From positions 1-53,965 of IMG/VR virus record IMGVR_UViG_3300043420_000786: a stretch of DNA of 53,965 nucleotides, one strand, 5' to 3'. Made by a program: the position numbers and the translations under genes. The DNA comes from a virus (lineage: Duplodnaviria > Caudoviricetes). The notes beneath the pieces are model-generated. The model did not search any database, was not told the DNA's origin, and worked only from the letters and a program-made list of their open reading frames with translations. Positions 46,535 to 53,965 of this stretch are shown piece by piece. The first letter of the stretch is position 1. Each line of letters opens with the position of its first letter.

Positions 46535-48235
46535 ATGCTAAAATTTGAAAAAATCCGTTGGAAGAATTTTCTTTCAACAGGTAATGTCTTTACAGAGTTA
46601 CACCTCAACAAAAATGATACAACACTAATCAGCGGCGAGAATGGTGCGGGTAAGACCACCGTTCTTGACGCTATTGTGTTTTGTTTGTTTGGGAAACCAT
46701 ATAGAAACATCAACATACCTCAACTAGTCAACTCAATCAATCAAAAAGATTGTGTCACAGAAATCGACTTTGATGTATCTGGCATCAAGTACAAGGTTCG
46801 TCGCGGTATTGCACCAAAGTTCTTAGAGATATACAAAGATGGCAAATTAATAGATCAAGATGCTACAAACAAGGATTACCAGAAGATGTTCGAGGATCAG
46901 ATCCTGCGAATGTCTTACAAGTCTTTTTGCCAGGTAGTTATTCTTGGCTCCACAAACTATGTTCCATTTATGCGTCTTACCGCCGCGGAGCGTAGATCGG
47001 TCGTAGAGAACCTATTGGATATAGATGTATTCTCTAATATGAATATTCTTCTCAAAGGTAAACTGTCTTTACTCAAGGATCAGCAGAAGGATGCAGACAA
47101 CAAGATAGTTCTTCTACGGGAAAGAGCCGAAGGACAGAAGAAACTAGTGAAAACTCTTGAAAGTTCAAATAAAGAGCACATAGAGAAGTCTAAGAGTTCT
47201 CTTGAAGAATATGCAAGAGAAATAGAAGTTCTGACCGAAGAGAACGAACAATTGCTCAAGCAAGTTGAGGAGTTGGAGGAGAAACTTATTCCAACAGATA
47301 TGTCTATTCAAGATATCGAATTGTCCAAGATAGAGACAGAAGAGAGCAAGTTGGAAAAGGAAATTTCTTTCTATGAGAAGAACAGTTCCTGTACTCGATG
47401 CAAGCAGGAACTCTGTGAAGACCACAAGCAAAGCATAACAAAGGTTCTCAAGGAAGATCTATCCAATCTCAGTTCCAAGAAAACAACCGTTCTTGGACAA
47501 ATGAAGGTGATCAAAAATGATATGGAAAGCAATTCCAAGATAAACAAAGAAATAACAGAACTGAACAAGCAAATTCAGTTGAATAATGCAAAGATCACTT
47601 CCACTAAAGGTATAATCAACAAGACAACTGATCAGATTAATAAAGCGGCAAAAGACACTAAGAATGTCGATGATGAGAAGGAGAAGTTTAATCTGATAGT
47701 CCAAGAAGGGATTGATGCAGCAGAGAACAGAAAGGTTGTAGTCGAGGATGTTCATTACCATACTATAGCAGCATCTCTTCTCAAGGATAGTGGCATCAAA
47801 GGTAAGATCATCAAGCACTATCTGCCTATTATGAATAAGGTGATCAACAAGTATCTTGCACAGATGGATTTTTTCGTTCAGTTCCAACTGAGTGAGTCGT
47901 TCGAAGAAACTATCAAATCTCGGCACAGAGACATATTCACATACGATAGTTTCAGTGAAGGCGAAAAGCGTAAGATCGACTTGGCACTTTTGTTTGCTTG
48001 GAGAAAGATTGCTGCCATCAAGAACTCGCTCAGTTGTAATCTATTGATATTTGATGAAGTTCTTGATGGTAGTTTGGATGATTATGCCACCGAGTCGTTC
48101 CTGAATATTCTCAAGTCTTTTGGTTCGGATACTAATGTATTCGTTATATCACATAAATCCAAAGAACTTCTTCAAGATAAATTCCAAGATCATATCTCCT
48201 TCGTCAAGAAGGGTAATTTTAGTAGAATGTTATGA
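46535..48235 (+). CDS. gp46: Recombination ATPase gp46 (Rad50/SbcC-like)
   Basis: WKNFLSTGN, GENGAGKTT, CTRC zinc hook, FSEGEK signature, LIFDEV, ISH. Confidence 0.96.
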   Translation: MLKFEKIRWKNFLSTGNVFTELHLNKNDTTLISGENGAGKTTVLDAIVFCLFGKPYRNINIPQLVNSINQKDCVTEIDFDVSGIKYKVRRGIAPKFLEIYKDGKLIDQDATNKDYQKMFEDQILRMSYKSFCQVVILGSTNYVPFMRLTAAERRSVVENLLDIDVFSNMNILLKGKLSLLKDQQKDADNKIVLLRERAEGQKKLVKTLESSNKEHIEKSKSSLEEYAREIEVLTEENEQLLKQVEELEEKLIPTDMSIQDIELSKIETEESKLEKEISFYEKNSSCTRCKQELCEDHKQSITKVLKEDLSNLSSKKTTVLGQMKVIKNDMESNSKINKEITELNKQIQLNNAKITSTKGIINKTTDQINKAAKDTKNVDDEKEKFNLIVQEGIDAAENRKVVVEDVHYHTIAASLLKDSGIKGKIIKHYLPIMNKVINKYLAQMDFFVQFQLSESFEETIKSRHRDIFTYDSFSEGEKRKIDLALLFAWRKIAAIKNSLSCNLLIFDEVLDGSLDDYATESFLNILKSFGSDTNVFVISHKSKELLQDKFQDHISFVKKGNFSRML

Positions 48236-48684
48236 TATTTGCTACAAAAGAACAAACAAAAGAAATATACGATATTTTCCGCAAGAGAGGAGACATATTT
48301 CCACACATCCGTTTTGATTATGTGAGCAGAGCGATCAATAGTGGTCGGTGTGTTTATCAGGACGGTGTGGTGATAATCTTCAGTGTATACAAGAAAAGAA
48401 CAAGAGTTGGCACTTGTGGTATACCAAGAAACAACTGTATGCTTCATCAAATAGTCAACGGATCTGAAGGAAACGGTAAAGCAAAGGAAGTTCTCAATCA
48501 ATTTCTTGCCTACATATCTTCGCTCAACTTGCCAGCAGTTTGGTTGAGTGTAAGAGCCGACAATAAAAGAGCGACAGATTTCTATGAAAGGAATGGATTT
48601 CTTCAAGTCGGTAGTGTAGAATGGATGAACGGAACTCTAGCAGGATTGATATTCAGGTATTCAAATGAACAAACCATACTATGA
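48232..48684 (+). CDS. GNAT-family acetyltransferase
   Basis: LHQIV...GNGKA and LSVRADNKRA.DFYERNGF..VG motifs A/B. Confidence 0.8.
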   Translation: MIFATKEQTKEIYDIFRKRGDIFPHIRFDYVSRAINSGRCVYQDGVVIIFSVYKKRTRVGTCGIPRNNCMLHQIVNGSEGNGKAKEVLNQFLAYISSLNLPAVWLSVRADNKRATDFYERNGFLQVGSVEWMNGTLAGLIFRYSNEQTIL

Positions 48685-50248
48685 ACGAAATGATTATGTG
48701 ATTAACTCAAAGATAAATGTGCTCTTTGAGGATCTTCTCGAAATGACCCCACAGGACTTTGAGAAGTGGGTAGTCGAAATGCGTAAGGAAATTCTTTATG
48801 CTTGGGACACATATGGTTGTCCACCAAGAACAGGCAAGAGCGAACAAGATATAGTAGATCAATTTAATCGTTTGGAGTCCTTTCCTGTTCACGAATTCAC
48901 AAATTCCGATGAACTATCGAATACTCCTGACGATGTGATTATTAACAAGTCAAGAGTTGGTGTGGAAGTAGATCAGTTCTTTTCCAATATGTTCAAGACG
49001 CGAATCAATTATTCCGATAAGGATAATGGATATTCTATTTACGATTTGTTCGCCAAGGATGAGTTTCTACCTAGAATAGTGAAGGGTGCTGCTCGTCACC
49101 TTAGACGCGATTCGATGTATAAGCACGCTTTGTCTGCCATTCGCAACGACAAGAAATATTCTATTGTAGATGTGAATAATGCCGATGAGTGGATGGATGC
49201 TTTCTTCAGCAATCCGTCTGTGTTTACTGGTTATGATTTTATGTTGGAACAAGTGGAACCCAGAGAAGGTCTTAATTCTGGGTATTTTCAAATTGAACAA
49301 AACAAGATCCTTCATTTGACCAAGGAACAGTTCATCAAGTGGAAACCAAAGATGTCTTATCGGCATTATTCCACATTCGATGCTGACAATCTTCCTGATG
49401 ATAAGATCTATGCGCTTAGAGTTTATAAGAAGGGAGAGAAGGTTTTTCCTGCTGGCTTTGCCTCTTTCCGTATTGGTTACATTCAACCAGCAGTAAATTT
49501 TCCTCCTTTAACAGCAAAGTATTTGTATGAAAGATTTACGGAACATATTGATAAATCTAGCACAATTAACATATATGATCCCTCTAGCGGCTGGGGCGGC
49601 CGTATTTTGGGTGCTATGTCTATTTGTGACGACCGTTGTGTGCATTATATTGGTACTGACCCAAATCCTGAAAACTATCCACCAAACCTTAATAAATTTG
49701 GTAAGTATGGTAGTATTGCCGAATTTTACAACACAAAAACATATAGAGGTAATGGACTATTCTCGTCTACCAATACCTACGAAGTGTTCCAACTCGGCTC
49801 AGAAGTAGTCAGACAAGACGCAGGATTTCAAAAATACAAAGGTAAACTAGATTTGGTGTTTACTTCTCCTCCATATTTTAATAGAGAAGCATACTCAGAA
49901 GATCCAAATCAATCTTATAAGAAGTTTTCTTCATATGATAACTGGAGAGATGGGTTCCTTCGGCCTACTTTGGAAACTTGTGTAGAGTGGCTTCGATCTG
50001 AAAGATACTTGCTTTGGAATATTGCCGATCTTTTGGTGAAAGGTGAATACCTCCCTTTGGAAGAGGACTCAAGAAAGATACTAGAAGAGATGGGCATGAA
50101 ATACAAGATGACTGTGAAGATGGCTCTTGAACCCATGCCTGGAACCAATCGTATAGGTGAAGACGGTATCCCCAAGTGCAAGAATTACTGCAAGGTGGGT
50201 GGACGGTATTTGAAATATGAACCAGTTTTTGTATTCTGGAAGCCTTGA
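48665..50248 (+). CDS. DNA amino-methyltransferase (N4-C or N6-A)
   Basis: SAM-binding YDPSSGWGGR followed by catalytic FTSPPYF. Confidence 0.8.
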   Translation: MNKPYYERNDYVINSKINVLFEDLLEMTPQDFEKWVVEMRKEILYAWDTYGCPPRTGKSEQDIVDQFNRLESFPVHEFTNSDELSNTPDDVIINKSRVGVEVDQFFSNMFKTRINYSDKDNGYSIYDLFAKDEFLPRIVKGAARHLRRDSMYKHALSAIRNDKKYSIVDVNNADEWMDAFFSNPSVFTGYDFMLEQVEPREGLNSGYFQIEQNKILHLTKEQFIKWKPKMSYRHYSTFDADNLPDDKIYALRVYKKGEKVFPAGFASFRIGYIQPAVNFPPLTAKYLYERFTEHIDKSSTINIYDPSSGWGGRILGAMSICDDRCVHYIGTDPNPENYPPNLNKFGKYGSIAEFYNTKTYRGNGLFSSTNTYEVFQLGSEVVRQDAGFQKYKGKLDLVFTSPPYFNREAYSEDPNQSYKKFSSYDNWRDGFLRPTLETCVEWLRSERYLLWNIADLLVKGEYLPLEEDSRKILEEMGMKYKMTVKMALEPMPGTNRIGEDGIPKCKNYCKVGGRYLKYEPVFVFWKP

Positions 50249-50249
50249 C

Positions 50250-50277
50250 TTGACTACAAGTATTCTTAGGATAGAAT
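50250..50277 (+). promoter_or_regulatory. Sigma70-type promoter; likely leaderless transcript
   Basis: TTGACT-16 nt-TAGAAT; the ATG at 50284 is 7 nt after the -10 and has no SD. Confidence 0.7.
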
Positions 50278-50283
50278 ATAGTT

Positions 50284-51387
50284 ATGACGAAGCGATACAA
50301 AACACTTAGCAGAGGATCCGATCCTATCAGTGTTCTTATTGGCTCTGAGCCTGTAGTAACAGATGATGGACAAATTTCTGGTGCTTTGAATTGGTACAGA
50401 AATGCGCCAGCAAAGATGTATCCAAAATTCATAAAAGAATATATGGAGAAAACATCTTATTCAAAAGATGAAATCTCCAGAGCAGTCAGAGGACCAAAGA
50501 AAGCATATGAATACTTTGCGGCCGCTGCTTATGGCAGAATGGTGTCTCGCGGCACAACATTGCCTGAAGATGCAGCCAAGAAACTCAATGAGAGTATCAA
50601 ATATCTTCTAGAAAAGACTGCCACTAAGCCAGTAAAAAATGTACCAAAACTGAGTGTTCAGGATCATATAAAGGAAAAAGCACACAGGCTTATTTGCTCT
50701 TTGGAATTGGAGATTGATGCCTTTGCGGAAGCACTCAAGAACAGCAAGAAGCATTCTTATGATCTTGTCGATTGGTTTAAAAGACACGAAGTGAAAGCCG
50801 CTCAAGCAGATTTCATTTCTACTCATTTCCAACCCCGTCTAGACGACATCAATTTGGCTCTAGATGGAGACAAGGATATGAAAGAAGCGTACTCTTGGTT
50901 GTCTAAACCAAGTCTAAGAAAGTACGCGGATTTCTACACAGAGATCATCACTCTTGCCAAGGAGCAGGTGAGCGTAGCAAAGACCAATCGTAAACCCCGC
51001 AAGAAGAAGCAAAAGACTCCAGAGCAACTGGTGTCCAAGATGGTCTATATGAAAGAGTTTGCAGAACTCTCCATCAAATCAATCAATCCTGCGGAAATAA
51101 TTGGTGCTAACCGACTTGTGGTGTATAATACAAAGACACAAGTTATTGCTGTATACAACTCATCGGAACTGTCAAATGGCTTGAGCGTAAAAGGAAATAA
51201 GATTCTCAACTACGACATCAAGACATCTACTATGAAAAAGGTGCGCGCTCCCAAGAAGTCGGTCAGTAAATTCTTGGGTGGTATTCGTGCCATCAACAAT
51301 GCATTCAGCGAGATTAAGACCAAGGAAAAGCCAGTAAACGGTAAAGTAAACGAGCAGTGCATTATTCTGCAAGCGATCACAAAATGA
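50284..51387 (+). CDS. Conserved T4-like hypothetical protein (basic)
   Basis: ALNWY, RKPRKKK..TPEQLV, SINP.EIIGA..L.VYNTK and NGKVNE motifs recalled from aquatic T4-like phages; lies before rnh. Confidence 0.7.
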   Translation: MTKRYKTLSRGSDPISVLIGSEPVVTDDGQISGALNWYRNAPAKMYPKFIKEYMEKTSYSKDEISRAVRGPKKAYEYFAAAAYGRMVSRGTTLPEDAAKKLNESIKYLLEKTATKPVKNVPKLSVQDHIKEKAHRLICSLELEIDAFAEALKNSKKHSYDLVDWFKRHEVKAAQADFISTHFQPRLDDINLALDGDKDMKEAYSWLSKPSLRKYADFYTEIITLAKEQVSVAKTNRKPRKKKQKTPEQLVSKMVYMKEFAELSIKSINPAEIIGANRLVVYNTKTQVIAVYNSSELSNGLSVKGNKILNYDIKTSTMKKVRAPKKSVSKFLGGIRAINNAFSEIKTKEKPVNGKVNEQCIILQAITK

Positions 51388-52220
51388 TTCTCATCGACAA
51401 TACACAAATTTTGATTGCCAGTATCTTTTCGCAGTACAAGAATATGAACGATGTGTCTGAAGATGTTATTCGGCACATCGTGATCAATACCTATCGAATG
51501 TATCGAACCCGCTTTAAGGAGGAGTACGGGGATCTTGTCATTTGTCAAGATTCTGCTAATCCTTGGAGAAGAGAAATCTTCCCACAATACAAGGCGAACC
51601 GTAAGAAGGCTCACGACAAGGACAAGGAGCAGTGGGACAAGATCTTCGAAGTTTTGACCAAGATTCGTCAGGAAGTTATGGAGAACTTCCCATTTAAGAA
51701 TATGCGTGTTGACCGCTGTGAAGCGGATGACATTATTGCCACTCTTGCGAAGAACTTCCATCAGCATGAGAAGATTCTTATCGTGTCGAGTGATAAGGAT
51801 TTTCAGCAGTTGCAGAGGTTTCCCAACATTTATCAATTCAGTCCTATTCACAAGGATTTTTTGAAGTGCGAGAATCCACAGAAGCACTTGTTTGAACACA
51901 TTCTTCGCGGTGATACTGGTGATGGTGTGCCAAATATTCTGTCTGACGATGATACTTTTGTGGATGATGCAAAGCGCCAAAAGCCACTTTCCAGTAGGAA
52001 GATTACTAATTGGGCCTTCTATGGTGTTCCTTCAGAACACGAAAGAAATTACGATAGAAACAAAAATCTAGTGGATCTTGCATACATACCAGAGGAGATT
52101 GAGCAGAATATTCTAAATGAATATGCTCTTCCATATGCAGGAAACAAAGGCAAGGTATTTGATTATCTTGTCAAAAACAATATGAAACTTATTCTTGAAA
52201 GTGTTGATGAATTAATATGA
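51384..52220 (+). CDS. rnh: RNase H / 5'-3' exonuclease (T4 rnh)
   Basis: MILID, WRR..FP.YKANR, EADDII, SSDKDF.QL, GDTGDGVPN; ATGA overlap supports a start at 51384. Confidence 0.93.
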   Translation: MILIDNTQILIASIFSQYKNMNDVSEDVIRHIVINTYRMYRTRFKEEYGDLVICQDSANPWRREIFPQYKANRKKAHDKDKEQWDKIFEVLTKIRQEVMENFPFKNMRVDRCEADDIIATLAKNFHQHEKILIVSSDKDFQQLQRFPNIYQFSPIHKDFLKCENPQKHLFEHILRGDTGDGVPNILSDDDTFVDDAKRQKPLSSRKITNWAFYGVPSEHERNYDRNKNLVDLAYIPEEIEQNILNEYALPYAGNKGKVFDYLVKNNMKLILESVDELI

Positions 52221-52642
52221 GAACTCAAGCAGAATACATAGGTGAAGTGTTTTTACATACACAAAAACTAAAAACAGAACAAGAAAAGATAGAGTATCTT
52301 AAAAGTGTAGATACTCTTGCTCTTAGAATGATACTAAAATTTGCATATAGTGATGCATTTACTACTTCATATAAAGAAGTACCTAAATACGAACCAGACG
52401 ACTCCCCTATAGGGTTGAGCATCAGTGGTCTGCATAAGGAATACAAAAGAATTCCTTACTTTTTAAACACTAAACATTTCATTCAGAACGAAAATATTCG
52501 CAATAGAAAGTTGCGTAATATTCTTGAGATTATTCATTGGACAGAAACTCCAATTTTAGAGTCAATTATTCTCAAGAAAGAATTACCACATATTAGTAAA
52601 GATTTGGCGCTAAAAGCGTTTCCTAGTCTTTTAGAGGAGTAA
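52217..52642 (+). CDS. Conserved hypothetical protein following rnh
   Basis: P.YEPDDSP.G and LE.IH..E...L....K motifs; ATGA overlap. Confidence 0.65.
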   Translation: MRTQAEYIGEVFLHTQKLKTEQEKIEYLKSVDTLALRMILKFAYSDAFTTSYKEVPKYEPDDSPIGLSISGLHKEYKRIPYFLNTKHFIQNENIRNRKLRNILEIIHWTETPILESIILKKELPHISKDLALKAFPSLLEE

Positions 52643-52645
52643 TAA

Positions 52646-52837
52646 ATGGGCAGAAGTTTTCATAGAAACGAGTCGGAGGATTGTGATCGCCGTAGAGTAA
52701 AAAAGAAGATGACAAAGAAGCATAGAAATAATGATAAAGCACATCTTCGTGAGATGACATCTGGACAGATAAACGAAGAAGATTACTACGAAATTGAAGA
52801 GGATAAACATGGAAACGGAAAAAACTCCAGAATATGA
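52646..52837 (+). CDS. Small charged hypothetical protein
   Basis: GAGGAG SD; 63-aa ORF. Confidence 0.55.
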   Translation: MGRSFHRNESEDCDRRRVKKKMTKKHRNNDKAHLREMTSGQINEEDYYEIEEDKHGNGKNSRI

Positions 52838-53327
52838 TGATTATAGAAAGAAGATATTGGAGAATGCCAAAAAGAATGCAGGTTTAGGCAAAGACGAAAA
52901 AATAGACACCAAAGATCCTTCTCTGTTAGAGAAAGCAGCAACTCTCGCAAAAGCAGTTGTGTCTCGCGGAATAAACAACAATAAAGCACCAAATGAAACT
53001 ATTAAACTTCGTGATTTGAGTTGTCACGGGGATGGGGATCTTGCTCCTTGTTCTGAAAGAAAAGACAGTCAAAAATATCCTGGTTCTTTTTACTGTGGGG
53101 CGTGTGGTTGTGGTGATAAGAAAATGACACAATTAGTCAATCTTGTGATTAATGGTAAAAAAGAATATTCCAAGATAGATTATCCAAAAGTTTCTTGTCC
53201 TTTCAAGATGCCTGGATTCAGCGATTATGTTCCTTCACAAGAAGGTGTAAGTGAGAATTCTCGCAAGAAAGAACTGGAAAAGCGTTACGGTGTAGAGTAT
53301 ATTACAGAACACAGCAATCCTAAGTGA
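52809..53327 (+). CDS. Hypothetical Cys-containing, putative metal-binding protein
   Basis: SCHG...APC...YCGACGCGD...SCP; GAGG SD before the ATG at 52809. Confidence 0.65.
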   Translation: METEKTPEYDDYRKKILENAKKNAGLGKDEKIDTKDPSLLEKAATLAKAVVSRGINNNKAPNETIKLRDLSCHGDGDLAPCSERKDSQKYPGSFYCGACGCGDKKMTQLVNLVINGKKEYSKIDYPKVSCPFKMPGFSDYVPSQEGVSENSRKKELEKRYGVEYITEHSNPK

Positions 53328-53342
53328 TTGGAGAACTATATT

Positions 53343-53965
53343 ATGAGCACAGCAACAGCAATGAAAATTTCTAAGAAAACACTAGACATCCTTAAGAACT
53401 TTGCGTCAATCAACTCAAACATTCTTGTTCATCCTGGCAACAAGATCACCACAATCTCTCCAGTAAAGAATGTTCTTGCCGAAGCAACTGTAGAAGAAAC
53501 ATTTGATACAGAGTTTGGTATTTGGGACTTGAATAAGTTTCTAGGAGTTGTTTCTCTCTTTAACGATCCAGAGTTTGAGTTTGAAGAGAAATATGTTCGT
53601 ATCAGTGGGAGTAATGGTTCTGTGAAGTATCATTACTGTGAACCTAAGTTGCTGACTGTTCCGAACAAGAAGATCAACATGCCATCAACGGCAATTAATT
53701 TTAGTCTTACACAGAAGAAGTTTGCAGAGTTGCAGAAGGCGGCATCTGTTCTTCAGGTTTCGGACATCTCTGTGAGCAACGATGGTAGTCTGATCAGTAT
53801 GACTGCACTCGATAAGGCGGATGTGAGTAGTAACACTTACTCAATCGGTGTTGGTGAGTATGATGGTTCAAACTCTTTCGAGATGTTCTTTAAGATCGAA
53901 AACCTCAAGTTGCTTCCTGGCGATTATGATGTTGAAATCTGTGAAAAGGTAGTAAGTAAGTTTAG
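53343..53965 (+). CDS. gp45: Sliding clamp gp45 (3'-truncated; not in ORF track)
   Basis: MSTATAMKISKKTLDILKNFASINSNILV, FGIWDLNKFL, ENLKLLPGDYDV; GGAG SD. Confidence 0.93.
   Translation, partial: MSTATAMKISKKTLDILKNFASINSNILVHPGNKITTISPVKNVLAEATVEETFDTEFGIWDLNKFLGVVSLFNDPEFEFEEKYVRISGSNGSVKYHYCEPKLLTVPNKKINMPSTAINFSLTQKKFAELQKAASVLQVSDISVSNDGSLISMTALDKADVSSNTYSIGVGEYDGSNSFEMFFKIENLKLLPGDYDVEICEKVVSKF

Noticed and set aside
51357-51383. Longer N-terminus for rnh from the track
   Set aside because: The ATGA-coupled start at 51384 gives the canonical MILID N-terminus.
51210-51980. 256-aa minus-strand ORF over rnh
   Set aside because: Antisense to two well-supported genes; no recognisable protein features.
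1-53965. Alternative genetic code, introns/inteins, homing endonucleases, tRNAs, integrase
   Set aside because: Core genes are full length in code 11 with all three stop codons used at gene ends. No intein-sized insertions in gp17, gp20, gp23, UvsW or gp46. Intergenic gaps are too short or show no cloverleaf by eye.

Overview
A 54-kb, AT-rich segment of a large T4-like myophage genome. Its gene set and order resemble aquatic cyanophage/pelagiphage-type T4 relatives; the host cannot be determined from this sequence. All credible genes are on the + strand. The window runs through: baseplate genes (partial gp5, gp25, gp6, gp7-like, enlarged gp8, a DUF4815/VrlC-like protein split in two, a long fibre); neck, tail, packaging and head genes (gp13-gp23, gp3); uvsY/uvsW; then gp55, gp47, a DenV-like glycosylase, a gp68-like protein, gp46, a GNAT, a DNA methyltransferase, RNase H and the start of gp45. 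The most unusual items are: (1) a 56-Cys minicollagen-like protein plus a DUF6734/glycosyltransferase-like gene inserted between the portal and prohead genes; (2) hairpins that cover a ribosome-binding site and carry a promoter in their loop, upstream of gp55 and gp13; (3) back-to-back sigma70-type promoters, one of them antisense to uvsW, with all three sigma70-type promoters found having 16-bp spacers; (4) a beta-propeller plus alpha/beta-hydrolase insertion between gp15 and gp16; (5) apparent gene fissions of gp15 and DUF4815; (6) a poly-Gly linker in gp5. All family assignments come from recalled motifs and synteny, not from database searches.
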